A stretch of DNA of 52,415 nucleotides from an uncultured Bacteroidota bacterium (GTDB lineage Bacteria > Bacteroidota > Bacteroidia > Chitinophagales > Chitinophagaceae), in contig CAIUKP010000056.1 in the NCBI GenBank assembly GCA_903899675.1, forward strand, positions 1 to 52,415, in the 5' to 3' direction. Shown piece by piece: positions 39,466 through 48,400 of the stretch (the first letter of the stretch is position 1; each line of letters opens with the position of its first letter). Made by a program: the position numbers and the translations under genes. The notes under the pieces were generated by a model that was given only the letters and a program-made list of their open reading frames with translations, did not search any database and was not told the origin of the DNA.

Positions 39466-40053
39466 ATGAAGAACGGTTTAATTATTGCCATAAGTTTATT
39501 GGCTTTCACCTCTTGCAGTAACAAAAAACTGGTTGTGATGAGTAAGGGCGCAGCAAAAATTAATGCAGATGCCGGCACCATTCAATCTACTGATGGCGCA
39601 GGGCACGAAGAAAATGCAGTGCTTACAGGTACCAAACAATGGACCATTGAATCTCCTGCAGGTAAGGGTTCTTTTGAACTTGCGGAAAAAGGGCTCTATG
39701 TAGTGAATGCCAAAAACGATACCATCATTGGCAGCTACCAAAATTATGTTTCTGCGGATAAAGCTGGTCAGGTTGTTTCGCAGGAAGTAGTTACCCAAAA
39801 ATTAGATTCCTTAAAATTATTGGTGGAAGGGAAAAACGTTTCTGCTGCTAATCGTAATTTTTATATCCTTCCTAATCAAGCTGCGCTCGTAACGCCCAAT
39901 CTAGACGCAGAGATAGTGGGGCCTTATCACAAAATGACTTCCGCTGCCAGCAAAAACGGCGAAGCGCCTGAGGTATATCGGTTTTACAGTATTCGTGAAA
40001 TCCGCGAAACCATTGGCAAACTGGAAGTATTAACGCGGCCCATAAAAAAATAA
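39466..40053 (+). CDS. Hypothetical lipoprotein
   Basis: 195-aa ORF with signal peptide and lipobox FTSC; no recognised domain. Confidence 0.75.
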   Translation: MKNGLIIAISLLAFTSCSNKKLVVMSKGAAKINADAGTIQSTDGAGHEENAVLTGTKQWTIESPAGKGSFELAEKGLYVVNAKNDTIIGSYQNYVSADKAGQVVSQEVVTQKLDSLKLLVEGKNVSAANRNFYILPNQAALVTPNLDAEIVGPYHKMTSAASKNGEAPEVYRFYSIREIRETIGKLEVLTRPIKK

Positions 40054-40059
40054 AGCAGG

Positions 40060-40302
40060 CTAGTCCGGAACCGGATCATATCCCTCACCACCCCCAGGCC
40101 GGCAACTGGAAATTCGGCGAATAGCTAACCATCCTCCTTTAAAGATTCCATGCTTTTGTAAAGCCGTTACGGCATATTGCGAACAGGTAGGGGTATACCT
40201 ACATTTAGGCCCCATCGCCGGAGAAATCACATACTGATAAATTCGTATCAGCAGAATGAAAGGAAATACGATAATGCTTTTTATTGTTTCAGGTAGCTTC
40301 AC
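40060..40302 (-). CDS. yidD: Membrane protein insertion efficiency factor YidD
   Basis: YQ..ISP....[10 protein letters not shown]...KHG..KG...C.P...GYDPVP; GTG start overlaps the upstream stop by 1 nt. Confidence 0.93.
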   Translation of the reverse strand: MKLPETIKSIIVFPFILLIRIYQYVISPAMGPKCRYTPTCSQYAVTALQKHGIFKGGWLAIRRISSCRPGGGEGYDPVPD

Positions 40303-41246
40303 TATTTGGCGGGCGTTATAACAATATTTCTATACTCTACCGGACCATGATCGCCTTGTAAAAAAATAGGTCCGGGCTCCCCCTCTTTGCTGTTGAGTGC
40401 CCCACCAGTAATGCCGGGGATAATCTGATCAACAATAATTGCTTTGCCGTTTGCGGTAACGGATACGCGGCGACCAATGAGGGTAATATCATAAGACTGC
40501 CATTCTCCGGGTTTTTTGGCAACCATTTCATTCGGCGTTAAAAAACCATAGATGCCTCCAAAAAGGGTGGAACTGGGTTCGAGGCCATAATTATCTTCTA
40601 CCTGCACTTCATATCTGCCTCTCAAATACACGCCACTGTTACTTCCTGCAGGATACCGAAATTCGATATGCAGTTTAAAATCATTGAAGCTGGCATCGGT
40701 AATAATATTAGAACCAGATTTAGGACTTTTCAAAACGCCCGCTTCTACCATCCACTGTTGTTCTTTACCAGACATATGCCAGCCGCTTAAATCCTTTCCA
40801 TTAAACAAGGCAATCGGTTTACCCCAAACCGGAGGATTGCTTCTTTTTAGCAATGGGGCGCGCTCACCTGTAAATGGATATTTATCTCCCTTAGGGGTAG
40901 TAATTGTTCCGCTTAGTTGATCGTTTTGCAGCATACCTTCAAACACCAGGGGATTATTACTCATGTCCCACTGAGTAGGAATGGAAAAACTAACTTTGCC
41001 ATTATCATATTTTACCTCGGCTATTGGACGAGCACTGCCCCCTTCTGCTACAAAATAACCTACCAGTGTTTTTAATCCAGACAATTTTACCTCCAGCCAT
41101 GAAGGAGCTACGCGGTCCATCTGAACAGTTAAATCCCAACGACCAATAATTGGACGGCTATCTTTAACTTGAGCAGCTGCATGATTGGTTGCAATCGTTA
41201 ATAGAGATACAAACAATAGTACAAAAGAGGCGATACGAAATTTCAT
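40302..41246 (-). CDS. Secreted DUF1080 protein with an extra N-terminal beta domain
   Basis: Signal peptide; GRWDLTV N-domain; [29 protein letters not shown]. Confidence 0.88.
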   Translation of the reverse strand: MKFRIASFVLLFVSLLTIATNHAAAQVKDSRPIIGRWDLTVQMDRVAPSWLEVKLSGLKTLVGYFVAEGGSARPIAEVKYDNGKVSFSIPTQWDMSNNPLVFEGMLQNDQLSGTITTPKGDKYPFTGERAPLLKRSNPPVWGKPIALFNGKDLSGWHMSGKEQQWMVEAGVLKSPKSGSNIITDASFNDFKLHIEFRYPAGSNSGVYLRGRYEVQVEDNYGLEPSSTLFGGIYGFLTPNEMVAKKPGEWQSYDITLIGRRVSVTANGKAIIVDQIIPGITGGALNSKEGEPGPIFLQGDHGPVEYRNIVITPAK

Positions 41247-41326
41247 AATTAGGAATTTGTGGTAAGTTACTATTTTATGCGGAAAACCGCTCAGGATCCA
41301 TAGAGATTCTTGCCAACGATTTTCAG

Positions 41327-42079
41327 TTACTGAACAACTTTTTCAATAGCTGCAATCAGAGCCGTTGCCTCCTCTTTCAGTTGCATCATCAGCATCCGGT
41401 TCATGGTTTGTCCGGTATTGATAGACACTGCCCAGTTGGCATATTCATTCAGCTCACGGGGATTATTGGTAGTAAATGAAACGGGTTGTTCGGGTGGTCG
41501 AATATAATATTTGAAAGCAGCATTGGTTTCGGGGTTGAGCATTTTTTCAAATACCCTAGCATCAAAAACCCTACTGGCAGCGGTTCGCATCTGAACGGAG
41601 ATATTATCTTCCATTTGTTGTATTTGTGCAATCTTATCTTTCGCGTCTACATAGTGGTTGATTTTTTCAATGATCTCCTTATTGTGCAATATTCTGAATC
41701 CCCCATCATTTTCCATTTGTTTCAGGGTTCCTTCTGTTGCATAAAACGGCTCTCGTAACGATAACATTCGCGCATAGTAATAAATTTCCCGGCTGTACTT
41801 ATCTCTGTCGGCCCCCAAAAGTAAATGAACCAGTGAATCTACCTGTTGTCGCTTTTGTGATTTAAACGCGATGCTGGCAGTCAACTTTGCCGTGTCTTGC
41901 TTTAAATCACTTACCAAATCTTCCAGGTATTGATGGGCTTTTTCTTTTTCAGCAAAGTGTTCCCGAATATTTTCTGCAAAAAAACCAAGCGTCACCGCCA
42001 AGAATATCATAAGAAACTCACCCGCATATTGCCGGAAACTTCTGGGAGACGAGTGATGATGGGAATGATGTACTTCCAT
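41327..42079 (-). CDS. Hypothetical membrane-anchored protein with His-rich N-terminus
   Basis: MEVHHSHHHS, single TM (FLMIFLAVTLGFFA), helical remainder; upstream TATATTTG box. Confidence 0.75.
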   Translation of the reverse strand: MEVHHSHHHSSPRSFRQYAGEFLMIFLAVTLGFFAENIREHFAEKEKAHQYLEDLVSDLKQDTAKLTASIAFKSQKRQQVDSLVHLLLGADRDKYSREIYYYARMLSLREPFYATEGTLKQMENDGGFRILHNKEIIEKINHYVDAKDKIAQIQQMEDNISVQMRTAASRVFDARVFEKMLNPETNAAFKYYIRPPEQPVSFTTNNPRELNEYANWAVSINTGQTMNRMLMMQLKEEATALIAAIEKVVQ

Positions 42080-42115
42080 ATAGGGTGACTATTTTCAAAA
42101 AATACTTGCTGTTTA

Positions 42116-42123
42116 CAAATATA
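42116..42123 (-). promoter_or_regulatory. -7 promoter element for the His-rich protein gene
   Basis: TATATTTG on the minus strand. Confidence 0.5.
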
Positions 42124-42193
42124 CTCTCTTATTCCTTTTCGCATACCGAAGGAATCCCCGACAAATAGTTATTAGCAGAGCAGGCGCTCCCGT

Positions 42194-43363
42194 TTATTTA
42201 TTCGTTCCCGAAGCGGAATGTATACTTGTGGAATCTAACAGCGATTTATTTACAAGATAGATATAGGGCTGATGAAAGTGATGCACAAAGATTTTATCGG
42301 GGTTATTCGGGAATCTGGCATAATAATCTGCATCCGGCTGCAACACAATAGTCTCACCCACCCGGGCATAATTGACTGTATGCACAAATGGCGGCACTTG
42401 TAAGCCCACCAGCTTATCACTCACTCTTTTACCCATGATTTTCCCCAAATATTTTTCGAAATTTTTCTCTGCCCTACGGGTTGGCTTATCCAATCGATTA
42501 TACATATACCGTAAAGCCCAGTTGGTAGGAAATTTTTGTTTCCCTATGATATCTTTTGCATTGGTAAAGGGATTGATTTGATTAAAATCGCCCACCGTTT
42601 GCACCGTTATCGGCATCTCCGGAACCCAGTCAATTGCATTTACCACATTAAAAGCCCACCCACCCCTCGTTGCAGCTTCGTAATCGTATGCGAAATATAC
42701 ATTCCCGGGTTTAGGTGCCGCCGTACTATATGTTTTTATTTGCCAATCCGAAGCTATTTTTTGTTGCTTTTGCCACTGGCGCAGATGAGCGGTTAATAAA
42801 TACGAAATGCCGCCTCCCTGACTATGCCCGGTTATCAACAGATTTCGGTATCCCTTTTTATAAAGAGAATCTAGCCGCGGCAGAATGTCTTTTCCCAGGT
42901 AAGCGGTGCTAATCATCCAGCCCACATGCACGGCCGCCTGTGGATGATCGGCCACCTGATAGGGCACTGTATCGTTTCCAGGTAAAATAATTTCACCCTT
43001 AGCGGGTATCATGGCCGAATAAAAATTCGATAACCAGCTATCCGGATTAGGAAGCGTGCCCCGCACAGATATAATAGCAGTATTCCGGTTGTCGGTCCAC
43101 AACTCCCATAAATTCAACAACCCTATTTCCGGAGAACGATAGGCTCGCTGAAAACGAGTAGAAGCGGCCACATAATTACTGTCGCTATAATAACTACTGC
43201 CGCTCCCTGTTCTTACGGATACCATTAATATATCTGCCAGCTCAGTGGAATTATACCCTGGTAGTAAAGATTGGGCCTGTATGGAAAATGAAAAAAGTAT
43301 TCCTGTTAGGGCTGCCAAACAAGCTGTTAAATAAGGGCGACGGCGGATAGCAATTAAATTCAT
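42194..43363 (-). CDS. Secreted class 3 lipase family protein
   Basis: Signal peptide; VRGT, VH.G, ITGHSQGG nucleophile elbow, D.VP; start 43363 (ATG) or 43381. Confidence 0.85.
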   Translation of the reverse strand: MNLIAIRRRPYLTACLAALTGILFSFSIQAQSLLPGYNSTELADILMVSVRTGSGSSYYSDSNYVAASTRFQRAYRSPEIGLLNLWELWTDNRNTAIISVRGTLPNPDSWLSNFYSAMIPAKGEIILPGNDTVPYQVADHPQAAVHVGWMISTAYLGKDILPRLDSLYKKGYRNLLITGHSQGGGISYLLTAHLRQWQKQQKIASDWQIKTYSTAAPKPGNVYFAYDYEAATRGGWAFNVVNAIDWVPEMPITVQTVGDFNQINPFTNAKDIIGKQKFPTNWALRYMYNRLDKPTRRAEKNFEKYLGKIMGKRVSDKLVGLQVPPFVHTVNYARVGETIVLQPDADYYARFPNNPDKIFVHHFHQPYIYLVNKSLLDSTSIHSASGTNK

Positions 43364-43450
43364 AGTCTGAGCAGTTATCAATATGGGTTAGACAATTTAT
43401 GTAGCTCAGTAAAATTACTGCATTGATTGGGAAGTTCCGCTATGCAAGAA

Positions 43451-44818
43451 CTAATGTATACATTTTCTGATATGATCAATTATTTTTACCATGGCGAGGG
43501 TATCCATAGAGCAATAGGCTTCAAGTGCCGCCCGAGTCGCTCGAATTTTTTTGGGATTGTTCTCTTGGTTCAATTGATAAAAAGCGTTAGCCGCTTCCAT
43601 CCCATCGGATATCGTAAGCCCTTCATATCCCTCTTCAGGAAATAAAGCAGGCAAAACAGATTTGATAGAGTAGCCATTACCCATTTCCGGTAGATAATAC
43701 TGTTTTTTTCTAAATACGTCCATCAAATCTACCATTCGACCGATTACCCTGTCGATTGCTGGTTTCCATAAAGGATTGTCGCGAACAAACTCGAGCAAAC
43801 GACTTCTTTCGAATGTTGCATTATACACTAAAATAGTTCCTTCTTCACCCAATACAGTTAGCAGGTTATTGATAAAATCTGCTGAGGGCGTTGTAATATC
43901 GTTTGCCAGATACCCATGTTCAACCGGAATAGCTCCCGGTTCTTGTTGCACTTTCACTGAATATTGAAAGCATACCTGCCGGAAAGGCCAATGACCGTCC
44001 AGCTGAGGTACAGCCTGGCTCCAGGTTTCAAAATCCATATAATAAATCGGATAATGAAGCGTTGAAATAAAAGATTGAAGCTGAATAAGGTCTACTACCG
44101 GTTCCCCAATTTCTTCCTCTTCTATCTCCGCTTTTGGATTACAATGCGAATAAAAATCACAGCGATAGGGCTGCGTGCACTGATCACCTGGTGCAACAAA
44201 AGGTGGCTGCAATTTATTGGCAACTACCTGCAGCAACTCCTCCGACTTTGCCTGTAAGAAAGTACTATATTCCTTAACCTGATCTGTAATAGCAGTGGTG
44301 GTAAATAACTCATTTAATGCCAATGCGCCTTTTCTCACATACTGATTATTGATATAGATCAGCGAAATCTGTTGCAAGGGCAATCCGGCACCTGTGATAA
44401 CATGATATTGGAAAGCGGCATCCATTACAAAAACATCTTTTACCCGGGTACTGCCTTTTACTTCATAGGCATACCAGCCATCCGGCCTTTTTACCAAAAT
44501 ATCGATTGCACACAACAACCCCTCATACTGAAAAGCTGCTTCGTAAATAATGGTTCGTCCGGCGGCAATCCATTCAGCGGTTTTTTTAACGGATAGGGCA
44601 TATTGAAAATAGTCGGGAGGAGAAGCATCCACCCCTCCGGGAAATAATTGGCGGGCAAGTTCGCCCAAATCGGTTCCAGTTTGAAATAGCTGTTGCTGTT
44701 GCTTGTCGATAGGATCTTTTAATGATGGATTATATTTATGCAACCATAATCGCAGGTTGCACTGGCAGCCATACATAAAAGTTGACTTCGATAAAATATG
44801 TTTTGGGGGAAGTTGCAT
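43451..44818 (-). CDS. DUF2779 protein: Cas4/RecB-like PD-(D/E)XK nuclease + DnaQ/RNase H-like exonuclease
   Basis: LSKS...CQC, IDILVK...YEVKGST, CTQPYRCDFYSHC; DFET, YNATFE, SIK and YCSMD exonuclease motifs. Confidence 0.82.
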   Translation of the reverse strand: MQLPPKHILSKSTFMYGCQCNLRLWLHKYNPSLKDPIDKQQQQLFQTGTDLGELARQLFPGGVDASPPDYFQYALSVKKTAEWIAAGRTIIYEAAFQYEGLLCAIDILVKRPDGWYAYEVKGSTRVKDVFVMDAAFQYHVITGAGLPLQQISLIYINNQYVRKGALALNELFTTTAITDQVKEYSTFLQAKSEELLQVVANKLQPPFVAPGDQCTQPYRCDFYSHCNPKAEIEEEEIGEPVVDLIQLQSFISTLHYPIYYMDFETWSQAVPQLDGHWPFRQVCFQYSVKVQQEPGAIPVEHGYLANDITTPSADFINNLLTVLGEEGTILVYNATFERSRLLEFVRDNPLWKPAIDRVIGRMVDLMDVFRKKQYYLPEMGNGYSIKSVLPALFPEEGYEGLTISDGMEAANAFYQLNQENNPKKIRATRAALEAYCSMDTLAMVKIIDHIRKCIH

Positions 44819-44820
44819 AA

Positions 44821-46155
44821 TTAGGAATGGCTTTCCGGTAATGTTGTTTCATCAGGTGCCTCTTTCAGCAAGGTATGCGATAATTGTTTGGAAGCATTGG
44901 CTCCCATTTTCTTTAACTCTTCTACTTTGCCAATCAAATTACCTCGCCCAGTATGTAACTGCTTGTAGGCCTGCTCAAATGCGTTTCCGGCATCTTCTAT
45001 CTTTTTGCCAATCTGTTCCATATTATCTAAAAATCCATGGAACTTATCATACAACGATCCGGCTTTATTGGCAATGTCAATCGCATTTTCGTTTTGCTTT
45101 TCAATGCGCCATAATTCAGCCACTATCTTTAAAATTGCCAGCAAATTAGTGGGACAAACCAGCATAATATTTTTATCATAGGCCTTCTTCCATAGTTCGG
45201 TGTCTTTTTTCAAGGCCTCTAAAAATGCCGGCTCAATGGGCACAAACATCAATACATAATCCAGCGCCCCTGCATATCGTCCATATTTTTTCTTCGAAAG
45301 CAAATCAATATGTCGGTAAATGGAAGTTAGGTGGTCGGCCCAGGCTTTGGCTCTTTCCGCTTCATCTGTAGCATTTACATACCTTTCCCAGGCAATCAAT
45401 GAAACCTTGGCATCAATAATTACCCTGCGCTGATCGGGATATACAATCATAACATCCGGCTGCAACATATTTCCTTCCTCATCTTTCAAAACATTACCGG
45501 AAGCATCCCTTATATATTGTTGTACCAGATAATTGCGATCGCGACTTAATCCGCTGTTTTCGAGTAAAGTTTCCAGCACCATTTCTCCCCAATTACCCTG
45601 GGTTTTTATATTACCTTTTAGGGCAGTAGTTAGGTTATTGGCTTGCTCACTCACCCGCACACTGGTTTGCACGAGCTTCTCAATTTCTTTGGTAAGACTA
45701 AACCTTTCATTGGATTCTTTTTGATAGGCATCGGTTACTGCTTTTTTAAATCCCGTTAGTTCCGTTTGCAAGGGCAGCAGAATTTGTCCGATTTTTTCTT
45801 CGTTTTTTTGCATCAGCTGATTACTATTTTGCTGCAGAATTCTGGCTGCCATTAACTCCATTTCAATTTTCATAGCCTCGCTGATTTGTTGTTGGGATTG
45901 GCGGGCTTCCGCAAGTAAAACTTGGTTAGCGCGACCCCTTTCTTCGCTTACTGCAAGTTGCGACTCCAATGCAGATTTTTGATCTCTAAGAATGGCTTGT
46001 GCTTGTTGATCTTGTTGCCATTGATTTTGGAGTTGCCAATATTTTTCCTGCTCTTGTTTAAGAGCACTTTGCTGCGATCGGCTGGCCAGCCAATAGCCCA
46101 ATATGCCGGAAAGTAGGGCCACCACCAAAAATAAAACAATCAAAAAAATTTGCAT
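44821..46155 (-). CDS. rmuC: DNA recombination protein RmuC
   Basis: N-terminal TM, coiled coil, KTQGNWGE..LE..LE.SGL, QPD......IIDAK, DYVLMFVP.E; start 46155 or 46182. Confidence 0.92.
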   Translation of the reverse strand: MQIFLIVLFLVVALLSGILGYWLASRSQQSALKQEQEKYWQLQNQWQQDQQAQAILRDQKSALESQLAVSEERGRANQVLLAEARQSQQQISEAMKIEMELMAARILQQNSNQLMQKNEEKIGQILLPLQTELTGFKKAVTDAYQKESNERFSLTKEIEKLVQTSVRVSEQANNLTTALKGNIKTQGNWGEMVLETLLENSGLSRDRNYLVQQYIRDASGNVLKDEEGNMLQPDVMIVYPDQRRVIIDAKVSLIAWERYVNATDEAERAKAWADHLTSIYRHIDLLSKKKYGRYAGALDYVLMFVPIEPAFLEALKKDTELWKKAYDKNIMLVCPTNLLAILKIVAELWRIEKQNENAIDIANKAGSLYDKFHGFLDNMEQIGKKIEDAGNAFEQAYKQLHTGRGNLIGKVEELKKMGANASKQLSHTLLKEAPDETTLPESHS

Positions 46156-46196
46156 ATAAATGAATTTGGATGCAATATACATTAGCAGAATACAAC

Positions 46197-47189
46197 CTAT
46201 TGATAGACCCGCTGCATAGCGGCAATTTTTTCCTGCATAGTTTTTCGTAAGGCAAATGGCTCTTTTACTTCTACACCCGGACCATAACTGAGTAAGCTCA
46301 TAATCAGTTCGGCAGTTACATAAACGGTTAGCTGAACCATTACCCCTTTGGCAGACTCGCTCAATACAACCTGAGAATGATGCAAAGGTTGCGCTAATAT
46401 ATAGGGTGCCTGCTCTTTATCAAAGGTTACCACAATGTTTTCCGGACTGGCAGCTGCAGTATGGGTAATGCCAAAAGAATATTGAAAATAATCCGCTGCC
46501 CGAAATGTGGGATCGGAATAAAAAGGGCTTTTCGATTTGCGTATTCGATTTATGCGGTCGAGCGCCAGAATCAGTACTTTTCGGGGTGCATCAGAAAATC
46601 CCACCACATACCAGCGATTTCGGTATTCTTTTATCAAATAGGGAGATAGCAGGTGTTGCTTAACCGGCGCCCCAAATTTTGCATATTCAATTTCAAGTGT
46701 GGTTTGAGAAACAATCGCTTGTAAAATCATTTCCAACCATTCATTTCCCCCTGTTGCAACCGGCTCTTCTACCTGAATCAGTTGCTTTTCAGATTTACCA
46801 ATCAGCTTACTTACCCGATACCCTTCTATCAATCGATTAATAGCAGTTTCAAATTGATCGAATATTCTGCTCCCTTTTAATTGTTGCAATAGAGCCGTAG
46901 AATAATCCAAGGCGGTAATCTCCTCTTCCGACAAGGGCAGTCTTTTAATAGAATAGCCCGGGGTAGCATAGCAGTAGCCCTTTTTTATTTTATCATATTT
47001 AATGGGGGCGGCATACATATCCCGCATCTGCGCCAGATCTTTATTAATCATGGAAACCGATATATCTCCATCCAGTTGCTGCATTACCCGCTGCCGAATT
47101 TTCTCCAAATCTGGGTAGGGGCGCATACTATTGGATAAGCAGGCATCAATGGCATAATAGCGAAGCAGGGCATTTTTATTAACCGGCAT
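46197..47189 (-). CDS. HTH-WYL-WCX transcriptional regulator
   Basis: MPVNKNALLRY..ID.CL N-terminus, HTH, SPYLIKEYRNRWYVVG, LDRI, PLHHSQ. Confidence 0.92.
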   Translation of the reverse strand: MPVNKNALLRYYAIDACLSNSMRPYPDLEKIRQRVMQQLDGDISVSMINKDLAQMRDMYAAPIKYDKIKKGYCYATPGYSIKRLPLSEEEITALDYSTALLQQLKGSRIFDQFETAINRLIEGYRVSKLIGKSEKQLIQVEEPVATGGNEWLEMILQAIVSQTTLEIEYAKFGAPVKQHLLSPYLIKEYRNRWYVVGFSDAPRKVLILALDRINRIRKSKSPFYSDPTFRAADYFQYSFGITHTAAASPENIVVTFDKEQAPYILAQPLHHSQVVLSESAKGVMVQLTVYVTAELIMSLLSYGPGVEVKEPFALRKTMQEKIAAMQRVYQ

Positions 47190-47229
47190 AAAAAAAATTT
47201 CAGTCTACCAATAGATTACAGGCTGATTA

Positions 47230-47306
47230 CTCAGCTTTGTGTTATGATCCGGTGGCAAGGTATACGGAGGCTGAGGGGGGATGAGGCATTGCCCCGGATC
47301 ATTTTA
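47230..47306 (+). ncRNA. Candidate structured RNA divergent from the WYL gene
   Basis: 14-bp stem ATGATCCGG-T-GGCAA / TTGCC-CCGGATCAT with a 30-nt purine-rich loop and a following T-rich tail; no family recognised. Confidence 0.3.
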
Positions 47307-47387
47307 TTCGTAAATGTAAATAAGAATTCAGCAAAGTCGGCTGTTTTAACTTTATGTTGAGATACTGAAACCCCGACAATAAGTTGG

Positions 47388-48302
47388 TCAATAAACTGCT
47401 AGGTCTTCCCCATTCACTACCTTTCCCGAGTACGTTCTTTTGATTTCCTCCAGCAAGCTTTCGTAGCTGCTTCCAAAAGTTAGCTGATGGGTAAGAATAA
47501 TCAGGGGCGGCTTTACTGCCAGGCCAATGCTGGCAAGCTGAGAAGTAGAGGTATGAAAAGTGCTGTGGTATTTTTGCCATTTAGGCTCCCGCTTTTGTAA
47601 GCCTGCTTCGGAATACACTTCATGCACTAATATATCGCAGCCCCTTGCCATTTCAACTAAGGATTCGCTATACGTGCAATCACCCGACACCACGATCACT
47701 TTATCAGCCGTTTCAAAACGATAGCCCAACGCGTGCTTCCAGCTTCCATGTTGTACCTCAAAAGCTTTCACCCGAATATTTTCATCCCGATAAACCTCAC
47801 CCAGTGTTACTTCCGAAACTTCTACTCGGTATCCATCTGCATTTCCTCCCTCTAATCCTTTCAATCTGATTTCTTCATCTTCTGAATAGGCTTTTTTAAT
47901 TAGCTGAGTCATGCGTTGGATTCCCGGGGGGCCTACAATTTGCAGTGGATGATTTCGATCTAACACTGCCGGCGTATACATAAAATCACTAAGGCCCGCG
48001 GTATGATCGGAATGTAAGTGCGTGATAAACAAATGGCGCAGCTGAGCGGGCTCCAAGGCTGGTAGGCTCTTATCCCTTGCTGCCTGGGCAGCTCTTCTCA
48101 CCACACCCGGACCGCAATCTACCACATACGAAGTATTGTTTACTACAATTGCCAGCGAAGGACCTGATCGCTCTGGATTGGCAAAAGGCGTTCCGGTACC
48201 CAGTAAAATCAATTGGGTTTTAGGTACGCTGTCTTGCGCCGCCAGTTGAATGTGCGCTGCAATGCAGACCAAACTTAGTAATACTATTTTTCTTCTATTC
48301 AT
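47388..48302 (-). CDS. Secreted MBL-fold metallo-hydrolase (RNase Z/AtsA-like)
   Basis: Signal peptide; LLGTGTP, VDCG, THLHSDH, SGD, LVHE, LTH. Confidence 0.88.
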   Translation of the reverse strand: MNRRKIVLLSLVCIAAHIQLAAQDSVPKTQLILLGTGTPFANPERSGPSLAIVVNNTSYVVDCGPGVVRRAAQAARDKSLPALEPAQLRHLFITHLHSDHTAGLSDFMYTPAVLDRNHPLQIVGPPGIQRMTQLIKKAYSEDEEIRLKGLEGGNADGYRVEVSEVTLGEVYRDENIRVKAFEVQHGSWKHALGYRFETADKVIVVSGDCTYSESLVEMARGCDILVHEVYSEAGLQKREPKWQKYHSTFHTSTSQLASIGLAVKPPLIILTHQLTFGSSYESLLEEIKRTYSGKVVNGEDLAVY

Positions 48303-48400
48303 GGCTAAAAGTTAGCGGTTTTTGATGGGAATCTCTGCGGATATCGAGAAAAAAAATCATTAGATTACACATACTTTACTACCTGCTTAAAAAACTACGC

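Noticed and set aside
47244-47360. 38-aa plus-strand ORF (MIRWQGIRRLRG...) starting in the hairpin
   Set aside because: Start codon is buried in the stem and the peptide has no recognisable features; cannot be supported as a CDS
43451-47400. Possible CRISPR-Cas locus suggested by the Cas4-like domain and WYL gene
   Set aside because: No repeat-spacer array, cas1/cas2 or effector genes seen in the window
47299-47580. 93-aa minus-strand ORF
   Set aside because: Alternative frame overlapping the 3' end of the MBL gene; no motif
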